Below, piece after piece: positions 23,983 to 33,019 of a stretch of DNA of 44,546 nucleotides. The notes beneath the pieces are model-generated. The model had not been told where the DNA came from. It saw only the letters and a list, made by a program, of their open reading frames with translations, and ran no database searches. Each line of letters opens with the position of its first letter. Within the stretch, counting starts at the first letter, position 1. Origin of the DNA: an uncultured Armatimonadales bacterium (GTDB lineage: Bacteria > Armatimonadota > Armatimonadia > Armatimonadales > Capsulimonadaceae); assembly GCA_964247915.1 (NCBI GenBank), contig CAXTWM010000001.1, positions 1-44,546 of the forward strand, written 5' to 3'. Position numbers and translations under genes: made by a program.

Positions 23983-26900
23983 TCAAGCGGCCAGTGCGGG
24001 CAGCGAGCGCCCGTCGGGTTTCGCCATCAGGGACAGGAACGCCCCGACCACCTGCGGGTCGAAGTGGGTCCCGGCCAGGCCGTGGATGTGGTCGAGGACG
24101 CGCCCCCGATCCCACGCTTTGCGGTAGGGGCGGTCCGAGCGCAGCGCGTCCCACACGTCCACGACCGCGAACAGGCGGGCGGCGAGCGGGATCTGCTCCC
24201 CCCGCAGGCACTGCGGGTAGCCGGTGCCGTCCCACTTCTCGTGGTGGCAGAAGGGGATGTCCAGCGAGGGCCGCAGGAAGGCGACCGGCTCCAATATCTC
24301 GTGCGCCAGGGACGGGTGGCGGCGCATCATCTCCCACTCGCCGTCGTCGAGCGGGCCGGGCTTGAGCAGGACGCGGTCGGGGACGCCCATTTTGCCGATG
24401 TCGTGGAGCAGCGCCCCGCGACGCACATGGACCAGCTCCTCTCCGTCCAGGCCGACGGCGCATGCCAGCCGCAGGGTCAGCTCGGTCACGCGCCGGGAGT
24501 GGCCCTCCGTCTCGTGGTCGCGGCAGTCCAGGGCGCGCGACCAGCCCTCGATCGTCGCGTCATAAGCCTCCGTCAGCTCGGCGTTGAGCCTGCGGATCTG
24601 TTCTTCGGCCCGCCTGCGGTCCGTGACATCCTGGAAGGTCCCCAGGATGCCCATGACACGCCCCTGGGAGTCGTGCAGGGGGACCTTGTTTGTTTCCAGC
24701 CACTTCTCGCGGCCGTCGGCCTGCCGCTGTGTTTCCAGGAGGTGCAGCCGGGGCGTGTTTTCCCGCATCACGTCGCGGTCTATGGCCCGGTAGAACTCGG
24801 CCTCCTCCGTCGTCCACGGCAGATCGAAATCCGTCTTGCCGACGATCTCGTCGGGGTGCGCCAGGCCCGCCCCGCGCGCGAAGTTCTGGTTGCAGCCCAG
24901 ATAGACGGAGTCCTGGTCCTTCCAGAAGATGAACTGCGGGATGTTGTCCATGATCAGCCGGCGCATGTCGTTGGTCGCCCGGACCTGCTCTTCCGCGCGC
25001 AGCCGCTCGGTCACGTCGCGGATCAGCACCTGCCCCGCCGGCCTGCCCTGGTAGGTGATGCTCGTGCTGACGGCCTCAACATCTATCACCCGCCCGTCCA
25101 GCCGGACGTACTGCTGGAGCGCTAGGGCGCTCGGCTTCCCCTCCTGCTGGCTGAGGCGCGCGCGCTCCTTCGTCAGCGCGTGGCAGTCCGGGTGGACGAG
25201 ATCGAAGATCAGCCGCCCCAGCAGGTCTTCGGGGCCGGCGGCGGCGAACAGAGTCACCGCCGCCGCATTGACGTAGACGATCCGGTCGTCGCTGTAGACG
25301 GCGATGGCCTCGGGGGAGTGCTCCACCAGCGAGCGGTAGCGCTGCTCACTCTCGGCCAGCGACGCCTGCTGCCGCCGGCTCTCGGTGATGTCCCGCCCCG
25401 TCCCGGTCAGGCCGATGACCCGCCCGCCCGAGTCCCGCAGGGGGACGCCCTGGAAGTGATGGGGGACGGGGGTGTCCCCGTTGCCGAGGAGGCTCCCCTC
25501 GACCTCGGCGTATCCCTCCTGGAACGCCTGCGCGATGGCCTGGGCGATTCGGCCCTGGTCCGATGCGGGGAACAGCTCGATGCTGGGCTTGTCCTGTAGC
25601 TGCGCGGCGGAAAGGCCGGTCATGGTCTCCATCTTCCGATTCCACTGCACCAGGCGGCCGCGCAGGTCCAGCCGGAAGATGATGTCCGGCACGGTCTCCA
25701 TGATGTTCTCGCGCTCCTGGAGCGCGTGGGCGAGCTGCGCCTGCGTCTGCTGCCGCTCGGCGACCTCCGCCGTCAGCGCCCCGTTCGCCTCGGCGAGCGC
25801 CGCCGTCCTCTCCCGGACGCGCTCTTCCAGCTCTTCGTGCGCCCGGCGCAGTTCTTCGTGCGCCCGGCGCAGCGCCTCCTCCGCCTCTTTGCGGGCGGTG
25901 ATGTCCTCGACGGAGCCTTCGTAGAAGAGCGGCCTGCCCTCGGCGTCGCGGACGAGGTGGGCGTTCTCGCGCACGAGGATCTTCTGTCCGTCGCACCGCT
26001 CCCAGGCCGCTTCCAGGCCGCGCAGTTCGCCCGCCGCTTCCAGACGGGCTTTGAAGTCGGCGCGCTCATAGGTGGCTTCCGTTCCGTCGGCCTCCAGGTT
26101 GCGCGCCGCCAGTTGCTCCAGGCTGTCATAGCCGAGCATTTCGAGAAGGGCGGGGTTGGCGAGCAGGATGCGCCCGTCCGGCGTGGTGCGGTAGATGCCG
26201 TGCGTGGCGTTCTCGAAGAGCAGGCGGTACTGCTCCTCCCGGTCGCGCAGGGTCTTCTCGGCCTGCTTGCGCTCGCTGATGTCGCGCAGGGTGGCGGTGA
26301 AGAGAGGCGGCCCGCCTTCCAGTCGGATCGTGGTAATCGCCAGTTCGACGGGCAGTTCTGAGCCATCCGCCCGCACCGCGCTGATCTCGATGCGCTTGTC
26401 CAGGACAGGCCCGTCGCCCGTCGCCATGTAATGAGCCAGCCCGCGCCGGTGTGCTCCCCGCAAAGCAGGGGGGACGATCAGGTCTGCCAGGTCGCGCCCC
26501 AGAACTTCGTCCCGGCTGTAGCCGAAGGTCGCTTCCGAGGAAGGGTTCCATTCCAGGACTCGGCCTTGACTGTCAATCGTAATGACGCAGTCCAGTGCGG
26601 AGTGGAGGATGGCAGTCTTGAGTGCCTCGCCGTCGCGCCGTTCCCGTTCCGCCCTCTCGCGTTCGGCGAGCTGGCGGCGCAGCTCCAGGCGGGCGATGAC
26701 CTGGCGGGACAGTGCTCCCAGCGCGCGCTCCTGCTCCGCCGTCAGGGTGCGCGCCACGCGGTCAATGACGCACAGCGTCCCCAGCGCCTGGCCGCTGGCG
26801 GTGAGCAGCGGGGCGCCCGCATAGAACCGGATGTCCGGCTCGCCCGTGACGAGCGGGTTGTCGGCGAACCGCCGATCGGCCTGGGCATCGGGGACCGTGA

Positions 26901-27159
26901 AGACGCCGGACCCGTGGATCGCGTGCGCGCAGAACGCCTGGTCGCGCGGCGTCTCGGCGGCGTCCAGCCCGACCTTCGACTTGAACCACTGGCGGTCGGC
27001 GTCAATCAGACTGATGAGGGCGATGGGCGTCCCGCAGATGTGGGCGGCGAGGCCGGTGAAATCGTCGAAGTCGGCTTCGGCGGCGGTGTCCAGTATCTGA
27101 TAACCGCGCAGCGCCCGGAGCCGGGCGTCTTCATTATCGGGCAGAGGGGCTTGCATCAT
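23983..27159 (-). CDS. Multidomain sensor: GAF, about five PAS domains, HD-GYP phosphodiesterase domain
   Basis: N-terminal [21 protein letters not shown] with a GAF domain, then repeated PAS cores. The C-terminus has HSRRV...[12 protein letters not shown]...[11 protein letters not shown]...[16 protein letters not shown]. The start is ATG 27159 or 27156 (alternative 27195). The track start at 27318 overlaps the divergent gene. Confidence 0.85.
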   Translation of the reverse strand: MMQAPLPDNEDARLRALRGYQILDTAAEADFDDFTGLAAHICGTPIALISLIDADRQWFKSKVGLDAAETPRDQAFCAHAIHGSGVFTVPDAQADRRFADNPLVTGEPDIRFYAGAPLLTASGQALGTLCVIDRVARTLTAEQERALGALSRQVIARLELRRQLAERERAERERRDGEALKTAILHSALDCVITIDSQGRVLEWNPSSEATFGYSRDEVLGRDLADLIVPPALRGAHRRGLAHYMATGDGPVLDKRIEISAVRADGSELPVELAITTIRLEGGPPLFTATLRDISERKQAEKTLRDREEQYRLLFENATHGIYRTTPDGRILLANPALLEMLGYDSLEQLAARNLEADGTEATYERADFKARLEAAGELRGLEAAWERCDGQKILVRENAHLVRDAEGRPLFYEGSVEDITARKEAEEALRRAHEELRRAHEELEERVRERTAALAEANGALTAEVAERQQTQAQLAHALQERENIMETVPDIIFRLDLRGRLVQWNRKMETMTGLSAAQLQDKPSIELFPASDQGRIAQAIAQAFQEGYAEVEGSLLGNGDTPVPHHFQGVPLRDSGGRVIGLTGTGRDITESRRQQASLAESEQRYRSLVEHSPEAIAVYSDDRIVYVNAAAVTLFAAAGPEDLLGRLIFDLVHPDCHALTKERARLSQQEGKPSALALQQYVRLDGRVIDVEAVSTSITYQGRPAGQVLIRDVTERLRAEEQVRATNDMRRLIMDNIPQFIFWKDQDSVYLGCNQNFARGAGLAHPDEIVGKTDFDLPWTTEEAEFYRAIDRDVMRENTPRLHLLETQRQADGREKWLETNKVPLHDSQGRVMGILGTFQDVTDRRRAEEQIRRLNAELTEAYDATIEGWSRALDCRDHETEGHSRRVTELTLRLACAVGLDGEELVHVRRGALLHDIGKMGVPDRVLLKPGPLDDGEWEMMRRHPSLAHEILEPVAFLRPSLDIPFCHHEKWDGTGYPQCLRGEQIPLAARLFAVVDVWDALRSDRPYRKAWDRGRVLDHIHGLAGTHFDPQVVGAFLSLMAKPDGRSLPALAA
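25833..25872. repeat. 21-bp tandem duplication inside the sensor gene, encoding RRAHEEL twice
   Basis: cttcgtgcgcccggcgcag occurs at 25833-25851 and again at 25854-25872, a 21-nt period. The protein reads ...[22 protein letters not shown]... Confidence 0.9.
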
Positions 27160-27260
27160 GTCTCGACGTTCTAACGGCAGGCAATCTTTGCCCATATCTT
27201 CGGCAGATACCGCCCGAACATTCAGGTCCCTTTTCGGCACACCTATGACACGCCCGCGCG

Positions 27261-27290
27261 TTGACACCGGCCCCGCCAATCGGCTATACT
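27261..27290 (+). promoter_or_regulatory. Candidate sigma70-type promoter TTGACA-N18-TATACT for the acyl-CoA dehydrogenase gene
   Basis: TTGACA at 27261-27266, an 18-nt spacer, then TATACT at 27285-27290. It lies 27 nt upstream of the ATG at 27317, with GAAAGGGA in between. Confidence 0.45.
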
Positions 27291-27316
27291 GGGGGGCAGA
27301 AAGGGACCACCCACTC

Positions 27317-28483
27317 ATGGTTCTGACCTGGGATCAAGACCCACGGGAGCTGTACCCCGGCATCCAGATCGGCGACGCCGTCCAGCGGCTCGTCGGCGGG
27401 GAGCTGACCGTCCACACCGAGGAGGCCCGGCCCAACGAGGGCGAGTTCCCCGAGGCCAACATCCGCCGCCTGGCCGCGCGGGGGCTTCTGGGCATGAAGA
27501 CGCCGCCGCAGTACGGCGGGCTGGGGCTGGATACGCTCAACGTCACCTACGCCGTCGAGCAGATCGCCCGGATCGCGCCCGCGACCGCCTTCGTCCTCCT
27601 GCTGCACACCCTCACCGCCAACCGCATCGCCGGGGCGGGGACCGAGGCGCAGAAGCGCCGCTACCTCCCGCAAATCTCGTGCGAGGCCCTGGGCGCGTCG
27701 GCCTGGTCCGAGAGCGGAGTCGGGGCGGACAAGAGCGTCCTCAACACCAAAGCCTACCGGGAGGACGGTATCTGGCACCTGAGCGGCCAGAAGGCGTTCT
27801 GCACCGGCGCGGGCCACGCGGCCGTCTACATGGTAATGACGGACACGACCGAAGGCAAAGGCTTCTTCCTGGTTCCGGCCGACAACCCCGGCCTGCGGAT
27901 CGGCGAGCCGATGGACTCGATGGGGTTGCAGGGGACGCACAGCGGCGTAGTCGGGCTGGACGATGCCCTGGTGCCCGACGCGGACCGGGTGGGGGAGCCG
28001 GGCCGCATCGGCCCGATCATCAACCTGGACATGCAATCCGGCCTGCACTCGGGCATCGTCGCCACGGGCATCGCCCTGGGGACGTTCGGGCGGCTGCTGG
28101 ACATCGTCAAGGCCAACAACTCCTTTGAAAAGTATGAGAGCGTCCGCGTCCGCGTCTCGCAGCTCGCGTCCCTGCTCAGTGTGATGCGGACCCACGTCTA
28201 CGCGCTGGCGCAGATGGCCTCGCTGCCCGACGACTCGCGCCCGCCGGTCGAGGCGGCGACCATGACCGCCAAGCTGTTCCTGTCGGAGAGCGCCTTGCAG
28301 ATGACCACGGACGCCATCGCCATCGCGGGCAAGGCGGGGTATCTGCGCGAGAACGGCCTGGAGCGCCTGCACCGGGACGCCCTGGGCATCGTCATCGCCG
28401 CCCCCATCAACGGGCAGGTGCTCGGCTCCATCGGCGAGTCGCTCCGCCAGGCAGATCGGTCCTCGCACTTGTACAAGGTGTAG
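27317..28483 (+). CDS. Acyl-CoA dehydrogenase family protein
   Basis: 388 aa from the ATG at 27317. ACAD-type N-terminal, middle and C-terminal pattern ([49 protein letters not shown]). Confidence 0.85.
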   Translation: MVLTWDQDPRELYPGIQIGDAVQRLVGGELTVHTEEARPNEGEFPEANIRRLAARGLLGMKTPPQYGGLGLDTLNVTYAVEQIARIAPATAFVLLLHTLTANRIAGAGTEAQKRRYLPQISCEALGASAWSESGVGADKSVLNTKAYREDGIWHLSGQKAFCTGAGHAAVYMVMTDTTEGKGFFLVPADNPGLRIGEPMDSMGLQGTHSGVVGLDDALVPDADRVGEPGRIGPIINLDMQSGLHSGIVATGIALGTFGRLLDIVKANNSFEKYESVRVRVSQLASLLSVMRTHVYALAQMASLPDDSRPPVEAATMTAKLFLSESALQMTTDAIAIAGKAGYLRENGLERLHRDALGIVIAAPINGQVLGSIGESLRQADRSSHLYKV

Positions 28484-28534
28484 CCTGCCGTGGTGAACCC
28501 ACCTCCTTGTTTCCTCGTTCCTCGGTCACAGGGG

Positions 28535-28616
28535 TCCTCCCGGAACGGGAGGACGGAGAGTGTAAGCCTGTTCTTCTCCTGCCCTTCCCGTTTCGGGAGG
28601 GGAAGGCGCTTGCGCC
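28535..28616 (+). terminator. Three consecutive stem-loops downstream of the acyl-CoA dehydrogenase gene
   Basis: tcctcccg-gaa-cgggagga (28535-28553), cccttcccg-ttt-cgggagggg (28582-28602, with one G-U pair), ggcgc-tt-gcgcc (28605-28616). There is no clear U-tract. Confidence 0.45.
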
Positions 28617-28629
28617 GGGGTGGGTTCTG

Positions 28630-29463
28630 ATGGACCTCGCCGCGCACCCCCAGGCCGTGTTCGTGACGGCGACGATCCATCTGACCGGCGGGCGCGGCGG
28701 GCTGCTCGGGGGGCGGGGGCCGTCCAAGACCGCTTCGGGCGACCTGCCCGCCCCCGCGCCGGGATTCGTTCTGTGGCGGGTCATCGAGCGCGTTGCCGTC
28801 GAGAGGCAGTTGGAGCGGCGCGAAATCCTGCCCGCAACTGACGGCCAAAACGTCACCTACTCCTACACCGTCAAGGGCGGCGGGGGCGGCCTGTTCCCGA
28901 TTGACGAGGCCGGGCATTTTGAAGCGGAACTTGTCGCCGTTTACGCCCCGCCGTCGTTCCTGACCGAAGTGGGCCAGGTGGAGATCATTTCGACCTCGGT
29001 GCCGTCCGAGGGGGCCAGGGGAACGCCCGCCCCCGTGCGCCGGACGGCGTCGCCGTCTCCCGCGCAGCTCGAAGGGCGTCTGATTCGCGTCCCCGTGGAC
29101 GGCGACCGCCGGGTCTGGTTCGTCGAGAGCGGCGTCAAGCGCCTACTGTCCTCGCCCACCTGTGGCCGCCTGCGCTTCGGCGACGGCTGGCAGCGGCTGG
29201 TCCAGCCCCTGCCGTCGCCGGAAGACTCGGGCATCGTCCCGGACGGCCCGCCGCTGACGCTGGCCGAGGCCGCCGAAGGCAAGCTGGTCTACTCCTGGCC
29301 CCAGCCGGAGACGTACTGGGTACAAGGGGGCAGGAAGCGCCGCATTGACGACGATGCGGCGGTAAGAGATCGCTTCGGCGAGCACTGGCGGATCAAGCTG
29401 ATCCACCTGCGCCCGGCAGATTTGGCGGAGATAGAGTCGGAAGGAGAGGTAGCTGATGAGTAA
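28630..29463 (+). CDS. Hypothetical protein with two C-terminal ~45-aa internal repeats
   Basis: GC3-rich ORF. I prefer the ATG at 28630 because 28507-28629 is occupied by hairpins. The repeats are GRLIRVPVDGDRRVWFVESGVKRLLSSPTCGRLRFGDGWQRLV and GKLVYSWPQPETYWVQGGRKRRIDDDAAVRDRFGEHWRIKLI. Confidence 0.5.
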   Translation: MDLAAHPQAVFVTATIHLTGGRGGLLGGRGPSKTASGDLPAPAPGFVLWRVIERVAVERQLERREILPATDGQNVTYSYTVKGGGGGLFPIDEAGHFEAELVAVYAPPSFLTEVGQVEIISTSVPSEGARGTPAPVRRTASPSPAQLEGRLIRVPVDGDRRVWFVESGVKRLLSSPTCGRLRFGDGWQRLVQPLPSPEDSGIVPDGPPLTLAEAAEGKLVYSWPQPETYWVQGGRKRRIDDDAAVRDRFGEHWRIKLIHLRPADLAEIESEGEVADE

Positions 29464-29695
29464 ACTCGCTAAATACGGATGCTGCTTTTCAGGCTCGTTC
29501 ATAGGTGGCCTTTTCGTCCAGCCACTTCTTTCCACTTGGCACCAATTCGGAACCGACTGGCCGCGGCTGATGTGTTTCAACGCATTGGTAGGCATGGCCG
29601 TGTCCGCTCACTGGCTTCTCATCTCCGAACGGTTTGAACGAGCACGGAGACAGCGAAGTCATCCCTCCCTCGGTCCGGGCCAGCGACAAGCATAA
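29456..29695 (+). CDS. Small hypothetical protein (79 aa, hydrophobic)
   Basis: The ATG overlaps the previous stop by 8 nt, and its TAA directly abuts the kdsB ATG (TAAATG). It sits in an AT-richer patch. It could equally be a non-coding spacer. Confidence 0.3.
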   Translation: MSKLAKYGCCFSGSFIGGLFVQPLLSTWHQFGTDWPRLMCFNALVGMAVSAHWLLISERFERARRQRSHPSLGPGQRQA

Positions 29696-30439
29696 ATGGC
29701 AAACAACCTGAAAATCATGGGCGTCATCCCCGCGCGGTTCAACTCGTCCCGGCTGCCGGGGAAGGCGCTGCGGGAGATCGCGGGCCGACCGATGATCCAC
29801 TGGGTCTACCTGAACGCCAAGCGCTCGCCCCTCCTGACCGACCTGGCCGTGGCGACCGACAGCCCCGAAATCCAGGCGTCCTGCGAGGCGGCGGGCATCC
29901 CCGTCGTCCTGACCGGCGAGCATCCGTCCGGCACGGACCGGGTGCATGAGGTCCTGACGCGGACTCAGGCGGACATCTACGTCAACATCCAGGGCGACGA
30001 ACCGACCCTGCGGCCCGACCATCTGGAGCTGATGCTCGCGCCGTTCACCGACGGCAGCGGGGCGCGGGTGACGACGCTCAAAGTCGCGGTCCAGCCCGCC
30101 GAGGCCGCCGACCCGAACAACGTCAAAGTCGTCACGGCGGATAACGGCAGCGCGCTCTACTTCTCGCGCTACCCCGTCCCCTACGACCGCGCCGGGACGG
30201 GCCGCGTGCAGCACTTCAAGCACATCGGCCTGTACGCCTACACGCGCGAGGCTTTGGACCTGTACCACCGCCTGCCGCAGTCGTCCCTGGAGCTGTCCGA
30301 GAGCCTGGACCAGCTCCGGTTCTTGCAGAACGGCCTCCCCATCTTGGTCGCCGAGACGCCGCACGACACCGTGGGCGTGGACACCGAGGCCGACCTGGAG
30401 CGCGTCATCGCCATGTTCAGCATGACGAACAGCGCCTAA
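29696..30439 (+). CDS. kdsB: 3-deoxy-manno-octulosonate cytidylyltransferase (CMP-Kdo synthetase)
   Basis: GVIPARFNSSRLPGKAL, HPSGTDRV and VNIQGDEP motifs. 247 aa. Confidence 0.9.
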   Translation: MANNLKIMGVIPARFNSSRLPGKALREIAGRPMIHWVYLNAKRSPLLTDLAVATDSPEIQASCEAAGIPVVLTGEHPSGTDRVHEVLTRTQADIYVNIQGDEPTLRPDHLELMLAPFTDGSGARVTTLKVAVQPAEAADPNNVKVVTADNGSALYFSRYPVPYDRAGTGRVQHFKHIGLYAYTREALDLYHRLPQSSLELSESLDQLRFLQNGLPILVAETPHDTVGVDTEADLERVIAMFSMTNSA

Positions 30440-30443
30440 CCTT

Positions 30444-31781
30444 ATGTACTCCCTTTACAGCTTCTTGTTCGGCTCCTGGGTCTTCCTGATGACCCCCTAC
30501 TTCCTGTACCGCGCCTGGAAGCACCAGAAGTACCTGCCCGCGCTGCGCCAACGGCTCGGCTCCCTGCCGGACACCCTCAAGGCCGACGGTCGCCCAACGG
30601 TTTGGATACACTCCTGCTCCGTCGGCGAGACCCTGAGCGTCCAGCCGCTCGCCCACGCCCTGTCCCAGCGGTTCCCCCAGGCCCGCTTTGTCTTCAGCAC
30701 CATCACCAAGACCGGCCAGGCCATCGCCCAGGAGCGGTTCGCCAAGTATGGGGAGGGGAACACGTTCTATTTCCCCATTGACCTCGCCTCCATCGCGGAC
30801 AAAGTCCTGGACACGATCCGCCCCCAACTCTTCATCACGATTGACACCGAGATCTGGCCCAACGTCCTACACGAGACGCGAAAGCGCGGCGTTCCCATAG
30901 TCATGGTCAACGGGCGCATTTCGGCCCAGTCGTTCCAGTATTACCGCTGGCTCCAGCCGCTCCTGGGGCCGGTCTTTCAGAACTATTCGCTTCTGATGAT
31001 GAAGTCGCGTGAGGACGCCGACCGCTTGCAGCGCATGGGCGCCCCGCCGAGCAAGCTGCGCGTCAGCGGCAACATCAAGTACGACCGCAACCTGGTGGAG
31101 AAAGAAGTCACCGAGGCGCAGGCGTCGGCGCTCGACCACTCGCTCGCCCTGACGGCGGGGAATGCCCCGCTGATCGTCGCCGGCAGCGTCCACGAGGGGG
31201 AGGAGCAGACTGTGCTCGACACCCTGCGCCGCATCCGGCAGGCGCCGGGCCTGGAAAACACGCGCCTCCTCCTCGTCCCGCGCCACCCCGAACGGTTCAC
31301 GCCGGTTGCCCAACTCGCCGAGCGGCAGGGCTGGCGCGTCAAGCGCCGCTCGGACCCCGCGCCGGGCGACCCGGCCGATGACGTGCTGATCGGGGACACC
31401 CTGGGCGAACTCGCCACGGCGTACCAGTTCGCCACCGTCGTGTTCGTCGGCGGCACGCTCATTCCTCACGGCGGTCAGAGCATCATGGAACCGGCGGTTT
31501 ATGGCAAGCCCATCGTCGTCGGCCCCTCCATGAAGAACTTCCCGCAGATCATTGACGACTTCATCGAAAGGGGCGGCATCGCCCAGATTTCGGCGGATGA
31601 AAGCGATAAAGAGGCGCAGACGCAGCAGTTGACGGATGCCTTCGTGCGCCTGCTCCGAGACGCCGACGCGCGGGAGACGATGGGGCAAGCCGCTTACTCG
31701 GTCTTTGAGGGCAGCCAGGGAGCAACGCAGTATACTGTAGACCACATCGCCGCGATCTTCGAGGAGGCGCTATCCAAATGA
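30444..31781 (+). CDS. waaA: 3-deoxy-D-manno-octulosonic acid (Kdo) transferase
   Basis: N-terminal membrane anchor, the WIHSCSVGE motif, and the C-terminal GGTLIPHGGQSIMEPA motif. 445 aa. Confidence 0.9.
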   Translation: MYSLYSFLFGSWVFLMTPYFLYRAWKHQKYLPALRQRLGSLPDTLKADGRPTVWIHSCSVGETLSVQPLAHALSQRFPQARFVFSTITKTGQAIAQERFAKYGEGNTFYFPIDLASIADKVLDTIRPQLFITIDTEIWPNVLHETRKRGVPIVMVNGRISAQSFQYYRWLQPLLGPVFQNYSLLMMKSREDADRLQRMGAPPSKLRVSGNIKYDRNLVEKEVTEAQASALDHSLALTAGNAPLIVAGSVHEGEEQTVLDTLRRIRQAPGLENTRLLLVPRHPERFTPVAQLAERQGWRVKRRSDPAPGDPADDVLIGDTLGELATAYQFATVVFVGGTLIPHGGQSIMEPAVYGKPIVVGPSMKNFPQIIDDFIERGGIAQISADESDKEAQTQQLTDAFVRLLRDADARETMGQAAYSVFEGSQGATQYTVDHIAAIFEEALSK

Positions 31782-32851
31782 GCGAAATCCTCGGCCGCCT
31801 CCGCGTCCGCGAAACCCACGGCATCCGGCGGTTCCTGTACCCGCTGTCGGCGTATGTCGCACTCCCGCCTGATACACCCCTTCAGGGCCTTCGGCTGTCC
31901 GACGGAGAGAGCGACGTTCCGCTGCAAGCGACCCACACCGGCTCGTTCCGCTTGGACTTCGCGCTTTCGCTTGATCCCAATGCCGAGCGCGAATTGATCC
32001 TGACGGAAGGCCGATCCACTGCGTCACTCGACGACCCGCTCTGCCTGACAAAAGACAACAAAAGCAGGCTGCTCATCAACCAGCAGAAGCAGTTTCAGAT
32101 CAGCCTGCACTACGATGGGACAATTCGCGAGGTCGTCTACGACGGCGTTCCGTTGTTGAAGGAGCGCTTGCGTATTTCCCGCAACGGCGAACTGCCGGAA
32201 GAAGACGGAGACCTGTTTTACAACGCGGCCCCCGACTTCTCGACCCTGAGTGCATGGACGGGCGGCTCGCGCCATTATCCCGACGACACGGTCTGTGGCA
32301 CACACACGGAAATTACGGCCTGTAAGTCCTGGGCGGCTGTCACCCACGAAATACGAGAACCGAAAGCACAGGATGAAGTTGTCTTCACCCTGCCCCTGGC
32401 GATCACTTCTCCTACGCTCACCTGTGACTTCGGCGTGGGCGGTTATGTCTTCGGCAAGTTGGACGGGAAGGCACCGGAGATCGTGTGGCGGACGGAGTTC
32501 GGGGATGCGCCCCATGCCCGGTGGTCAATTGCCACGGCAGGGCGGACGGATTATATCGGGGACGTAGCGACCGCCGAGGAGTTCCTGCCGCAGCGGTGGT
32601 TCCACCTGATAGACAGCGACAAGGCGGTGGCCGTAGCGGTCACCCAGGTGCCGCCGGACTGCCGGGACATGGCGGTGCGGCTGACACATGAAGGGGACGT
32701 GTCCATTGCTTTCAAGCTAGGCGACACGATTACCGGCCCTGCCGCGTTCGGCGTCTGCTACCACTTCCTGAACGACGTGCCCGCCATTGCCGCCGCGACC
32801 AACCCGCAGTCCATCCTGCTGCCGCCGGTCGTGGACGTGCTGCCGGTTTAG
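31778..32851 (+). CDS. Hypothetical protein (357 aa) translationally coupled to waaA
   Basis: ATGA overlap with the waaA stop. The ORF is GC3-rich, has no TM or signal sequence, and has no motif I recognise. Confidence 0.6.
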   Translation: MSEILGRLRVRETHGIRRFLYPLSAYVALPPDTPLQGLRLSDGESDVPLQATHTGSFRLDFALSLDPNAERELILTEGRSTASLDDPLCLTKDNKSRLLINQQKQFQISLHYDGTIREVVYDGVPLLKERLRISRNGELPEEDGDLFYNAAPDFSTLSAWTGGSRHYPDDTVCGTHTEITACKSWAAVTHEIREPKAQDEVVFTLPLAITSPTLTCDFGVGGYVFGKLDGKAPEIVWRTEFGDAPHARWSIATAGRTDYIGDVATAEEFLPQRWFHLIDSDKAVAVAVTQVPPDCRDMAVRLTHEGDVSIAFKLGDTITGPAAFGVCYHFLNDVPAIAAATNPQSILLPPVVDVLPV

Positions 32852-32863
32852 AACCAGTAGACA

Positions 32864-32886
32864 ACCCGGCCCTGAAGGGCCGGGCT
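32864..32886 (+). terminator. GC-rich hairpin CCCGGCCC-tgaa-GGGCCGGG after the kdsB-waaA operon
   Basis: An 8-bp stem with a tetraloop, 13 nt after the stop at 32851. No U-tract. It is related in inverted form to the hairpin at 32971-32993. Confidence 0.5.
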
Positions 32887-32970
32887 ACCCGGAAGGGCCC
32901 CCCCCACCGGGGGGAAGGGGAATGCCCACAGTCACTTGTCCTCAGCCCCGAAGGGGCGGCCCATCCGAGT

Positions 32971-32993
32971 AGGCCCGGCCTTCAGGCCGGGTT
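32971..32993. repeat. Hairpin CCCGGCC-ttca-GGCCGGG, an inverted near-copy of the 32864-32886 element
   Basis: Read directly. The loop TTCA is the reverse complement of TGAA in the first hairpin, and the stems differ by one C:G pair. Confidence 0.6.
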
Positions 32994-33019
32994 AGGCTCA
33001 CTCCAGGAGAAAAACTCCC

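Noticed and set aside
32787-32972. 61-aa ORF spanning the end of the waaA-linked gene and the hairpin spacer.
   Set aside because: It runs through palindromic hairpins, gives a Pro/Gly-rich translation, has no RBS, and overlaps a well-supported CDS.
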